Made by a program: the position numbers and the translations under genes
Notes under the pieces: generated by a model
Told to the model about the DNA's origin: nothing
Databases searched by the model: none
What the model saw: only the letters and a program-made list of their open reading frames with translations
NCBI RefSeq assembly: GCF_009914755.1
Contig: NC_060944.1
Source of the DNA: the human T2T-CHM13v2.0 reference genome, Homo sapiens
Reading direction: 5' to 3' (one strand)
Length of the DNA stretch: 64,000 bases
Shown: piece after piece, positions 1 to 18,060 of the stretch
How positions within the stretch are numbered: the stretch's first letter is position 1
Layout of the letters: every line of letters starts with the position of its first letter

Positions 1-1094
1 CAAGGTTGCAGTGAGCCAAGATTGTGCCACTGCACTCCAGCCTGGGCGACAGACTGAGACTCCGTCTCAAAAAAAAAGAGTAACCTAGATCTTTAGTCTG
101 CTAAAATCTGTTAGTGACCACACTACATGAAAGAAGATATAATTTTATTTCTTTTTTTCTTTTCTTTCTTTTTTTTTGAGACAGGTTCTCACTCTGTCTC
201 CCAGGCTGGAGTGCAGTAACGCCATCTCGGCTCACTGCAACCTCACCCTCCTGGGATCAAGCAATTCTACCTCAGCCTCCCAAGTAGCTGGGATTACAGG
301 GATTACAGACACGTGCCACCATGCTCAGCTAATTTTTGTGTAAAGACAGGGTTTCACCATGTTGGCCAGGCTGGTCTCGAATTCCTGACCTCAAGTGATC
401 TGCCCGCCTCCGCCTCCCAAAGGGCTGGGATTACATGCATGAGCCAATGCACCCGGCCTTTGTTTTGTTTTGTTTTAAAAAGACAAGGCGTCACTCTGTT
501 GCCCAAGCTGGAGTACAGTTGTGTGATCACAGCTCACTGCAGCATCAAACTCCTGGGCTCAAGCGATCCTCTGGCCTCAGCCTCCTGAGTACAAGCAAGC
601 ACCACCATGCCCAGCTAAGAGAGGATATAATTTGAGTCATTATGCTTGATTAGGAAACTGCTTGAAATTGCTCTGAGGGGGTGACATTATCAAGTCATAT
701 TACAAGGACAAGCTAATTCAGAATTAGCAGAAGTAAACAATGGATAACTCTGGTCTTAAAATATGGTCCCAGGAATAATCTTCATTTTTTTATAGATGGT
801 ATCTTGTGTGCACTTTATGATAATTTTGTGTGGTTTGCAGCAGGGTGCTAACATTCTAAAAAAGTTCAGTTTTCTCATCTGTAAAAATGAGCATAATACC
901 ACCTACTCGAACAGGGTGATTGAGCAAAGAATGAGATGATGTCAGGAATATAAAGAACCTAGTATAATGCCTGACATATTTATCAGGCTCAATATATCGT
1001 GGTAGCCATTATTATTTGTAATTGCAATAGCAATGGGAAATTGACCAGCCAGTCTCAGTCTCCAATTCTTAACTACAGTATAGGCCAAACACTG

Positions 1095-1535
1095 CAGAGG
1101 CATGTCCTCCACAAATTCTTATGTTGAAGTCCTAATGCCCAATTCCTCAAAATGTATCCTTACTTGGTCACTGCAGATGTAGTAAGTTAAGATGAGGTTA
1201 TATGGAGTAGAGTGAGCAGCTAATTCAATATAACTGTGTCCTTATAAAAAGGGGAAACTTGGACAAAGGCTTACAACACAGGGAGAATTCCACATGCCAT
1301 GTGAAGGCAGAGATCTACAAGCCAAGGAACATCAAAGACTGCCAGCAAACCAAAAAAAAAAAAAGCCAGGGGAGAGGCATGATACAGATTCTCTCTCACC
1401 ACCCTTAGAAGGAACCAACCCTGCTGACACCTTCATCCCAGACTTCCAGCCTCTAGAATTCAGAGATAAGAAATCACTGGGTTTAAGCCACTCGGTCTGT
1501 GGTACTTTGTTATAAAGCCCTGGCAAACTAATAAA
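1095..1535 (+). mobile_element. MaLR LTR (MLT1B-like)
   Basis: Typical MLT1 segments: gttgaagtcctaa...taagttaagatgaggt...ggaaccaaccctgctgacacctt...gtggtactttgttat...gcaaactaata. Confidence 0.75.
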
Positions 1536-1917
1536 CTTACTTACCTATAGTTGTCTTAAGAATGTAAATATCTCGAAGGGGAGACTATCTTTACAACGTT
1601 ATATCTTTTGTATCTTTACAGAGCAGGTACTCAGTAAATATCTGTGGGACAAATCTGTCCTACTATATGTTATGTCATTTTTCTATTTCAGTAAATGACA
1701 ACTCCATTCTTCCTGTTGCTTGGGCCCAAAACCTGGAGTCATCCCGAATGCCTTCCCTTTTCCCAAAATCCTCATCCAATCTGTCAGTACATCAGCTCTA
1801 CCCTTAAAATATATCCAGAATCTGACCATTTTCACAGTATCCTTAGCTATCACCTTTGTCCAAGCCACAACTATCATCTCTCATCTGGATTAAGCGCAAA
1901 AGTTCCCATCTCACAGC

Positions 1918-2915
<998 letters not shown>

Positions 2916-3604
2916 ACTGCTTTACCTTTACTTTTCTACCATCTATTCTCCACACAGCAACCAGAAACCACCTCGTTAAAACACAGGCCCAGATCACATC
3001 ACTCCTTTTTTCAAACTCTGTAATAGATTCCCATATAACTTAAGAGTAAAAGCCGGGCAAGACGCGGTGGCTCACACCTGTAATCCAAGCACTCTGGGAG
3101 GCCGGCGGATCACGAGGTCAGGAGATTGAGACCATCCTGGCGTGAGCCACCATGCCTGGCCTTCAACTCACCAGGATTTTCTAATGTGATAGAAGATAAA
3201 AGAAAAATTGTACAGTAAACGATTATTTCATAAAACTTTGTCTCTATATGGGTGCATCAGATCACAGATCAACTATGTACAATCTTTCTTTAGGTCAAGG
3301 TCAGAATAATTAGAAAACCACTGCTCTCAAGAAAGCCCTTAAAAATGGAACACTCTTTTGATTTAGGACCAACAACCTTAAAATACATTCTGTTCCTAAG
3401 AAATAGTGGAATGAAGCCAGGCATGGTGTCACACACCTGTACTGGGAAGGCTGAGGTGGGAGGATCACTTGAATCCAGGAGTTCAAGGCTGCAGTGAGCT
3501 ATGACTGAGCCACTGCACTCCAGCCTGGGTGACAGAGCAAAACTCTGTCCCCCTCCAAAAAAAAAAAAGAAAAATAGTAGAAAGAGCTGAAACAGAATCC
3601 TTGG

Positions 3605-4920
3605 TGTAATACTGTCAAATATATGTATGTTTGGTTCCCATTTCCTGGCATACAATTTCTAAAATCCTTGGAATAACCAGCGTCTTTTTGTATGCTAATG
3701 AGATGACTGGTGACTGGCAGCCCCTAGGTGGCTTCATGATGGGTGAGGGTCATAGTAGGAGGTTGGGACTTTTCAGTCTCACCCCTGACCCTCCAAGGAG
3801 GGGCTGAAGGTTAGGTCAGTAACCAAAAGCCAATGATTTAATGAATGCTGACTACATAATGAAGCCTGCATAAAAGCTCAGAAGGACAAAGTTCAGAAGA
3901 ACTTTTGGCTGGGCATGGTGGCTCACACCCCAGGAGTTCGAGACCAGCCTGGCCAACATGGCGAAATCCCGTCTTTATTGAAAATACAAAAATTAGCTGG
4001 GCGTGGTGGCATACACTATAATCCCAGCTACTCCGGGAGGCTGAAACATGAGAATCCCTTGGAGGTTGAAGAGAGCCGAGATGGCGCCACTGCCCCAGAC
4101 AGAGCATGGAAGCTCCAGACCCGTTCCCTCTACACCTTGTCTTACATATCACTTCATCTGTATCTTTAAAAATATATTAATAGTAGCCATAAAAAAAGAA
4201 GAAAATCATGTCCTTTGCAGCAACAAAGATGCAGCTGGAGGCCACTATCCCAAGTGAATTAATACAGAAACAGAAAACCAAATACAGCATATTCTCGCTT
4301 ACAAGTGGGAGCTAAACACTGGGAACACAGACACGAAGATGGCAACAATAAACACTGGAGAGTCCAAGAGTGGGGAAGGACGGTGGGGGGATAGGGGTTG
4401 AAAAACTACCTGTTGGATACTGTGTTCACTGTTTGGGCAACGGAATCATTAGAAACCCAAACCTCACGATAAGGCAATATACCCATGTAACAAAACTGCA
4501 TATGTACCCTCTGAATCTAAAATTAAAAATACATAAATACACAAAATAAAATACTTTTATAATAAACCAGTAAACATGTTTCCTTGAGTTTTGTGACCAA
4601 ATTAATCAAAGCCAAGGAGGGAGGTCACGGGAACTTTGATTTATAGGTGGCCGGTCAGAAGCACAGGTAAAACAACCTGAGGCTTGCCATTGGCACAGAA
4701 AGTGGGCACAGTCTTGTGAGACTGAGCCCTCCACTTGTGTGATTTGATGCTATCTCCAAGTAGAGAGCTTCGGAATTGACTTGTAGGGCACCAAGTTGGC
4801 ATCCCCTGCAGAGCTGACTGTTTGCCTGATGTTTGGGGGAAAATCCCCACACACCACACATCAGGTGTCAAAAGTGTGTTGTGAGTACAGCAGGAGAAAC
4901 TGAGTGTGCTTTTTCTACAC
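3605..4920 (+). mobile_element. MER21-family LTR interrupted by an Alu fragment (~3907-4095) and an L1 3' end
   Basis: MER21 hallmarks: tttttgtatgctaatgagatgactggtg, aatgaagcc...ataaaa, ttccttgagttttgtga, ggtcagaagcacagg. Confidence 0.7.
4180..4552 (+). mobile_element. L1 3'-end fragment (L1PB/L1MA-like)
   Basis: gccataaaaaaagaa...atcatgtcctttgcagcaac...aagtgggagctaaaca...tacccatgtaacaaaactgcatatgtaccctctgaatctaaaa followed by an A-rich tail. Confidence 0.8.
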
Positions 4921-5678
4921 ACTTGGTCAATTAAATCAGCTGGAGAATGAGGAATCAAGGAATCACGCTCCTCTGAAGTGGGTAAATGAGGGAACTCAGC
5001 ATATTCTTTTATAGGCCCTATAATTTTCTCTTTAAAATGTTTACAGTTTACAAGGTGATTAAACCTTCACTTCACTGTCACAATCGTTCTCGAAGAGAGG
5101 AATGCTGGGGTGATTATCCTCGGATAAATGACTTACAGCAGTCCCAAAATATTCAGGCCCTGGTTTCCAATTTTGAATAACAATCCACAAGGGCTTCTTT
5201 CCCTTGCACCTGAACTGCAGACAAGCCTCCGCTAAAACCCCAGCTTTGCCACACACTCTGTAGTTTTGGCAAATCCCGTGCTAGGGGATAAAAATATTAC
5301 TTGAGCCACCTAGAACTAAATGATGGCACCTTAAGAGGTGCTTCGGGAGGAACCGGAGCCCCTCGCTGGGAGCTGTCATTCCTTGGTCCCTCTCCAGCTC
5401 CAGAGGAACCTAGTCAGGAAGCCTCGCAGGGCGGAGCCATCCGAATTGTAAACAATGGCGGCCTAGCCTCTTCCGTTCCCCGAGGAACCCGGAGGGCGAG
5501 CCGCCTAAGCTGGACCTGAGGGTATCGCGGATTTGCGTCTGGGGCCCCGGAGACCCTCTGTAGCCCAGGGCCTGCTGACATCCCGAGAGCCTCTGGAGCC
5601 AAGGCCCGTGCAGCTCTGGTCTCGAGGCCTTTCCCCGCAAACCGCAGGTCCGGCGAGGACTCGGGACCCCGAACTCAC

Positions 5679-5717
5679 CCAGCTGGCGAGGGAGAAGACA
5701 CCCAGCACAGCCCCCAT
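5679..5717 (-). CDS. SERINC3: SERINC3 first coding exon (codons 1-13, MGAVLGVFSLASW); serine incorporator 3, a retroviral restriction factor
   Basis: Minus-strand ATG at 5717 in a strong Kozak context (gtcACCATGG). It translates to MGAVLGVFSLASW, which I recognise as the SERINC3 N-terminus (continuing VPCLC... in the next exon). A canonical GTGAGT donor follows at 5678-5673 in phase 0. It lies in a CpG island. Confidence 0.95.
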
Positions 5718-5850
5718 GGTGACGCCAGTGATGGAGGTGGCCGGTCCTGAGGCTGCTTTCTAACACGGTGGTAACTGCCAGCTGAGGTGACTCCCCAGAA
5801 ACATGACGGTTTCTCAGGCCGGAAACGCAGCCTTCCACAGACGCACGGAT
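5718..5850 (-). other. SERINC3: SERINC3 exon 1 5' UTR (TSS position approximate)
   Basis: GC-rich sequence between the start codon and the GC box/CCAAT cluster; the exact TSS cannot be read from sequence. Confidence 0.7.
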
Positions 5851-7541
5851 GCGTCACGGCGTGGCCCCGCCCACCGTCCGCGACCGGAGCGGCAGAGGGG
5901 GGCGCCTGTCATTGGCTGAGGGGGAAGGTGGGGCTAAACCATCCTGGGGTTGCAGGAACTGTGAAGGTGTCATTCCTTACATCATTTGTATTCATTGTGC
6001 AAAGATCTGGAAGTTACAGAAGTGTACAGAGAGGCACAGTACGCTCAGAATTTATTCTCTAGTTAATAGGAGATCTGACAACATAAATGCACCGTGCCCC
6101 AATGTAATGAATACGATGAAGTAGTATGGGGGAATAGGCTTTCAATAAAGGTGTATTTAGTGCCTCCTATTGTAAGGGGAAAGTAATTTAGCTGGGCAGT
6201 AGTCTTGGAAGGCTTCTCTGAAGGATTTATTTTTTAATCTGCGAACTAAAGGATGAGTCCAAATTAACCTAGAAACGATGGAAATCGTATCCTAAAATGT
6301 GGGATGCACCCCATTTGGGAAAAATGAATGGCTCTAAGGGTGCATGAAGGACATTAAGCGATATTAAACAGCAGAGTGAGAACGTCCCATTTCAAACCAA
6401 CAGGCTAGTTGTTTGAGGCCAGTATGGTATTTAACATTTTTCTAGTATTTATCTCCCTTTCTAACAGAGTAAAGCCTTCATTTTCCAGATCTCTCAAACA
6501 GGCAACCATGCCTGCAGTTTTAAAATATTGTTTTGTTTTGAGGTGTGTGTTAGCAATAACCTTTTCATTTCTTCCGAGCAATGCTGATTTCCCATTTAAG
6601 CAGTGATGTAAATATTCCTTTCAAAATACATGTCAAATTTGAGAGTTCACTTAAAGAAGAAAATGAAAACATTTTTTACTTACACATATAATAGTTTAGG
6701 TGGAATGTGGCAAACAATGATGATGTCCGGACAACAAGGTGTCACACTTCAATATCTTCTCCTGTGGTGTGTTAATCTTCCCTGATAGATAAAACTCTCT
6801 GGAAGGGGATTCATAATTGAATTCCTTCTGGATTGTCAGCCTTTAGTCTGATAAGGGAAATTCATGAAAAGCCCCTCTCTCCATGTGCTGTTCCCCAAGC
6901 AATCATCATACCAGTGTGGCATATTTGGGGATGTTATTTCCTGGATTCCTTGAAAATGTATTCCAAATTCATCTTTTACAGAAATGGAATGAGGCTCAAA
7001 GTTTGCCCAAGGCCATGAAAAGGGCTGATGAAAGAAGAAAGAGAACTACTCACATTTAATAATTCCTACCTCTCTTTTCCCAGATCCCTCTCCTCACCAC
7101 ACATACACAAATACCAGCTCAAGTCAAGTTGCTTCAGGACCACTGAACTTTCCAGGTAGTCCTTAACATTCTTGCTTCTTCCTGTCTGAGTATTGCTGGT
7201 CTGGACTTAAGAGAGCTGACTGTGATAAATTTTACAGATCGAATTCTACCAGAAACATACCTGTAGTCAAAAAGAATTAGGTTTATTTAGCTTGTTCAGA
7301 AAGGGAGAACACATATCAGAGAAAATATAAGGTGTCTTGGTAAGAGGTGACTGGGGAGAACTTATTTTAGGATTTGGGTTTATGCTGGGTAACTAAATCT
7401 AAGGAGAGTTTAAGGAGGAGGAGAACAGTTTTGGATTGGACACAGTCAAGGAGTAGAGGCAATTCAGTGATTAGGTATCTTACAAATTTTTATCCAGAAG
7501 GAAGAAGGATTAAAACAAGGCTAGATTAGTCCTTGGAAAAG

Positions 7542-8095
7542 TGTGATACCCTACCTTGTCTTAACCTGAATTGACTCTCTCTTAGCTGAGGGAGACAGAC
7601 AAACTCCATTTTGGCTCCTTCACTTGCCGCTCCTTACCCATCCCACTTCCTCAAGGATTTAACTTGTGCAAGCTGACTCCCAGCACATCAAAGAATGCAA
7701 TTAACTGATAAGATACTGTGGCAAGCGATAGCTGCAGTTTCCAGGAATTCACCCGGTTGATAGTACCCTAAGCCCCTGCATTTTTGTCCGGTTGATGGTA
7801 CCCAAAGCCCCCACATCTATCACCTTGTGATGGATTTAAAGCCCCTGCACCTGGAACTATTTGTTTTCCTGTAACCATTTGTCTTTTTAACTTTTTTGCC
7901 TGTTTTACTTCTGTAAGATTGCCTCAGCTAGGCTCCCCCTCCCCTTTCTAAACCAAAGTATAAAAGAAAATCTAGCCCCTTCTTCGGGGCCGAGAGAATT
8001 TTAAGCACTAGCCATCTCTCAGTTGCCGGCTAATAAAGGACTCCTGAATTCGTCTCAGAGTGTGGCGTTTCTCTATAATTCGCTCGGTTACAAAA
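7542..8095 (+). mobile_element. Solo ERV1 LTR, LTR10 family (HERV-I group)
   Basis: Starts TGTGATACC and ends ...gtgtggcgtttctctataattcgctcggttacaa. TATAAAA 7959-7965, AATAAA 8032-8037. 4-bp TSD AAAG at 7538-7541 and 8096-8099. Confidence 0.75.
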
Positions 8096-8531
8096 AAAGA
8101 AGCAAAATCCACTCATTTATTAGTCAGAATTGGAAGATGTTGAGTCCTATCTGCGGTACCAGAGTGGCTTTGTCTGTATCTTGATCCAACTACATGGTGG
8201 TCTTGTCTGATCTTTGTTTATATTCTGTGATCACTGTTTTTGTTCAGTTAGAAACATTAGGTCTAGCTGTCAGCTGAACAGTTTTTCATTTTCTTACCTG
8301 TAAGCATTTGTCCTCCCACATGTAGGATCCCCCCATCTCTTAGTGTTTCTGGCCCTAACTGGTTGAGTGTGTCACTTCTACTTGGCCAAAGCGAGGACAG
8401 CAGATCTTTGTGATCATCTACTCCAATTTCCCGCCTCAGGCAGAAACCCCTTAGCAACATCTCTTCTAGGGTAGGGGGCTCACTGCCACCCAAGGCAGCT
8501 CCTCCCATCTTTACACATCCATTGTCAAACC

Positions 8532-8943
8532 TGTCAGGCCTCTGAGCCCAAGCTAAGCCATCATAACCCCGTGACCTTCACATACACATCCAGATGGCCT
8601 GTTCCTGCCTTAACTGATGACATTCCACCACGAAAGAAGTGAAAATGCCCTGTTCCTGCCTTAACTGATGACATTACCTTGTGAAATTCCTTCTCCTGGC
8701 TCATCCTGGCTCAAAAGCTCCCCCACTGAGCACCTTGTGACCCCCGCCCCTGACCATCAGAGAACAACCCTCTTTGACTGTAACTTTCCTTTACCTACCC
8801 AAATCCTATAAAACGGCCCCACCCCTATCTCCCTTCGCTGACTCTCTTTTCGGACTCAGCCCGCCTGCACCCAGGTGAAATAAACAGCCCTGTTGCTCAC
8901 ACAAAGCCTGTTTGGTGGTCTCTTCACACGGACGCGAGTAAAA
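8532..8943 (+). mobile_element. Solo HERV-H LTR (LTR7 family, LTR7B/LTR7Y-like)
   Basis: Starts tgtcaggcctctgagcccaagctaagccatcat and ends gcctgtttggtggtctcttcacacggacgcg...aaa. Duplicated cctgttcctgccttaactgatgacatt; TATAAAA 8807-8813; AATAAA 8879-8884. Perfect 5-bp TSD AAACC at 8527-8531 and 8944-8948. Confidence 0.92.
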
Positions 8944-9559
8944 AAACCTAGGTTATTTCCCCCCATATGTTGTTGAAAAGATAACACATGTACTTGGTTA
9001 TAACATACTGCATAAAGGAGCACACGGTGAAAATGAAGTGTCCTTCCCACCCTTCCCCCACCCCCATCTCCCAGATCTCCTTTCAGAGTTCCTACAGGAA
9101 TATGCATATGCCAGCATTATGGCACTTTTTTTTTTTTTTTTTTTTTTGAGACAGAGTCTCGCTCTGTCGCCCAGGCTGGAGTGCAGTGGCACAATCTTGG
9201 CTCACTGCAACGTCCGCCTCCTGAGTTCAAGCGATTCTCCTGCCTCAGCCTCCTGAGTAGCTAGGATTACAGGTGCCCACCACCATGCCTGGCTAATTTT
9301 TTTTTGTATTTATAGTAGAGACAGGGTTTCACCATGTTGGCCAGGCTCGTCTTGAACTCCTGACCTCAGGTGATCCACCCGCCGCTTTTTTTTCACTTAA
9401 CTTATTAGTTCATTCGATAAATATTTACCATGCTATTACTATGTGTCAGGCACTGTTGCCAGTGATAAGAAAATAGTAGAGAACAAAACAAAGTGCCCAC
9501 CCTTAAAAGACCTTATGCTGTAGGGAAAAAAGACAAGCAGCAAACACACACGTATATAA

Positions 9560-9853
<294 letters not shown>

Positions 9854-10089
9854 TAGCCAGGCTGGTCTTGAACACCTGACCTCAAGTGATCCGCGCACCT
9901 AGGCCTCCCAAAGTGCTGGGATTACAGGAACGAGCCACTGCGCCCGGCCCTACTATTTTCAAGAGTAGTCTGGGCAGGTCTTTTAGAGGGCTTGACACTG
10001 GAGCACAGACATGAGGGAACCGAGGAAGCAAGCCATAAAGATACCTGGAGGAAGAGCAGGAGAAAATGCCCTGAGATGAAAGCATGCTT

Positions 10090-10716
<627 letters not shown>

Positions 10717-10736
10717 GCTGAGAGGGAAAATGGTGA

Positions 10737-11176
<440 letters not shown>

Positions 11177-11370
11177 TGATCCACGTGCCTTGGCCTCCCA
11201 AAGTGTTGGGATTACAGGCATAAGCCACTGCGCCCGGCCGTGTTTACCTTTCAAAAGGATCATTCTGGCTGCTGGTTGGAATAAAGACTGGAGCAGGGAT
11301 GGGTTAGGGTTGAGGGTTATAGTAGAAGCAATGGCGGGACTAGTTCGGAGACTGTTGCCGTATACATAGC

Positions 11371-12780
<1,410 letters not shown>

Positions 12781-13070
12781 TGAGCCACCGTGGCTGGCTT
12801 TTTTTTTTTTTTTTGAGACAGGGTGTCCCTCTGTCACTCAGGCTGGAGTGCAATGGCACAGTCTCTGCTGACTTCAACCTCCGCCTGTCGGGCTCAAGGG
12901 ATCCTCCCACCTCAGCCTCCTGAGTAGCTGGGACTACATACAGGTGCACACCACCACACCTGGCTAATTTTTTAATTTTTTGTAGAAGTGAGGTCTCACT
13001 ATGTTGCCCAGGCTGGTCTTGAACTCCTGGGCTCAAGCAATCTGCCTGCCTCAGCCTACCAAAGTGCTGG

Positions 13071-14689
<1,619 letters not shown>

Positions 14690-15036
14690 GGATGACAGGT
14701 GTGAGCCATTGCGCCCAGCCCCTGATAGATATTTAGACTGGTCGCAACCCTTTTGCTTTTACAAAAATGAATTAATGAATATATCCTTTGTGCTCAGGTT
14801 TCAGCATATCTGCAGAGTTATTCCAAGAAGTGTAGTTGCTAGACACAAGGAAAAATAAATTATTCCTCATATTGAAATTAAATCTGGTGATCTAATTCTC
14901 CATCAAAGAAACCAATTTATTCACTCTTTGCCACACCACCCCTTCAGAGACTATAAAAGAGAGGAATCTGCCACCCTTCCCACATCAGTTTTCTTGTCTT
15001 TAAATATTCCCAGTCTTGGCAGGGAGTGGTGGCTCA

Positions 15037-15975
<939 letters not shown>

Positions 15976-16249
15976 TCATTCGAAAGTTTCTTAAAAAAAA
16001 AATCCCTTCTTGTTTGGGGGCCAGAAAATAACTCAAAACTGTGCAGAAAATTTATTTGTGTGTGTGACTCTTCTGGGGCCAGAGAGGATTGACTTCTTTG
16101 TGCGTCAGTTTTATCGTCTGCAAAATGGGAATCATGGTAGCACCTGTCTGATGACGTTATTACAAGGTAAATTTATATTTAAAATTCGTGGAGGTAAGCC
16201 CTCAATACATGGGAGCTTTTATTATTACTACTACTACAAGGAGGACCAT

Positions 16250-18060
16250 CACTGAGCATTTATTGTGAGCCACGGCCCGGGCTGATAGCCAGGGTAAAAA
16301 AGTGAACGAGAGACATCGTGTCCTGAGGGAACTCCACAGTTTTCCGGAGGAGACAGACTCGTAAACAAGAATTCACAGTGATTCCGGTTATGATTTTGGA
16401 CATACAGGGGGGCTGTGAATGCACAGAGAAAACAGTTAACCTGGATTTCTGGAGGTGAGGTTAGTGTGGATGATCAGGGAGAGATGCCAAAAGAAGGTGA
16501 CTTCCAAAATGAGACATGAAGGCTGTCTTTATGTTGGCCAGAAGATGAGGCTGGTGGAGTGTACCTTGCTGTGGGTAGATAAAGCAGGTAGAGAAAGTAG
16601 GTAGAGAAAAGCCTTGGGGAGAGAGTGCAGACTTCTTGGGAATCTGCAAGGATTTCAGGCTAGCTGGAGAGCAGATTATGAGAGTTGGAGGGGGTCTGGC
16701 TAGATGGTGTTTGAGAGACAAGCAGGTGCTCCTCCTGAAAGACTGTAAGTGTGGAGGAGTTTGGGCTTTGTGTTGGGGGCAGTGGGAAGCCATCAAAGGG
16801 TTTTAAGCCGGAGGTGTGTGTCTTTGATCAGAGGTATAGTTTCAGAAAGATCAGTTTTTTGTGTTTCTCTCTTGGTCTTATCATTCCTCCCATCTGTTTT
16901 TCACTTTGCAGGCATTCATTTGTGGTGATTCATATATATGTGTGTGTGTGACAGTGTGTGCGTGTATGTATTTATTGTTGAGATGAGGTCTCACTATGTT
17001 GCCCAGGCTGGTCTCAGATTCCTGGGCTCAAGTGATCCTCCTGTCTCAGCCTCCCAAGCAGCTGGGACTGCAGGTGCACACCACTGCACCTGGCTAATTC
17101 AAAAAATATTTAATGAGCATCTTCTTCTATGTGCAAGGCACTGTGTAGGTAGTAAGGAAGCAGGTCCCTGCCCTCAAGGAGATCACAGATTGGTGGAGAA
17201 AATATTCATCAAACAAGTGATTATAATTGTGATGAGAATTGTGAAAGGGGGCGCATGTTAAGATCAATCTAGCATAGTTTGGAGATTCAGGTAGAGTTTT
17301 GATAAAATGTATGGAGGGTGTAGTCTGAGTTAGCTATCGTGGGGATGTTCCAAACATTTTCAAAAGTACATTCATGGAGCCAAAAGCAGTCCACTACAAC
17401 TGGAACTTAAAGATCAATATTGAAAGAGATCCATCCAGAGAGGTTGACAAAAAAAAAAAGGCTGAGATTATTCAGGGCTACTGCATTGCATACTCTTGGA
17501 AGAATGAGCCATGCACTTAGTCTACACTAAAAGAAATGGCTAGAGAAACAGGAACAGGAGAGAAACCAGCAAAGTATAGTAATGAAGGCCAAAGGGAGAG
17601 GTTGGTTGGCCTTTGTAGATGTTGCTGAGATGTCGAGTAATACAAGTTAAAAATTAAAATGTGTCCTTTTGGGTAAATAAATATGGAGGTCGGTTGGGAC
17701 CTCATTGAGCAGATTTGGTGAAATGGTTGGGGCGGAATCTATAATATCAGCAGCTTTCAAAGGTTCAATATAATATATCAGTGGGATGAGTTAAGAGTGG
17801 GATGTGAGAAAGACAAAGTGTAGGCAGCTCAGAGAAGTTTGGCTGCGAAGGGAGGTAGAGAGAAGGCTGAGGAGCGATTGGGGAATAGGTGAAGTTTTTT
17901 TGAGCATGAGAGAGATTAAATGCTGTTGGCAAAGAGCCAGTGGAGAGAGAGAAAGGCTGAGAAGACACAGGATATGAAAGGGAGAATTGATAGTATAACT
18001 TTCCTGAGAAGGTGGGAGTGGAGGAGCTCCACAGTACAGATCCTTCAATAGGAGTCTGAT
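16250..18060 (-). mobile_element. Degraded L2 fragments interrupted by an Alu monomer
   Basis: tgagcatttattgtg..., gggaagccatcaaagggttttaagc, gatcaga...tttcagaaagatca are typical antisense L2 segments. Confidence 0.55.

Larger units (their letters stand above)
5330..5930 (-). promoter_or_regulatory. SERINC3: SERINC3 CpG island / TATA-less promoter
   Basis: High CpG density. ETS-like CCGGAA 5819-5824, CRE/ATF-like TGCGTCA 5850-5856, GC box CCCCGCCC 5865-5872, CCAAT box (ATTGG on +) 5911-5915. Confidence 0.85.

Noticed and set aside
5505-5678. Continuation of the MGAVLG ORF to 70 aa
   Set aside because: Reads through the GTGAGT donor into intron 1; only the first 13 codons are SERINC3.
5301-6124. 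Other overlapping ORFs across the SERINC3 CpG island
   Set aside because: Expected from GC-rich, stop-poor sequence; many start at non-ATG codons and show no homology I recognise.
6659-6670. ISRE/IRF-like GAAAATGAAA ~0.8 kb upstream of SERINC3
   Set aside because: Lies in A-rich sequence where it is expected by chance, lacks the ISRE CT ending, and SERINC3 is generally reported as not interferon-inducible.
14952-14958. TATAAAA upstream of PKIG
   Set aside because: About 600 bp from the CpG-island exon and separated from it by an Alu; wrong spacing for a core TATA box.
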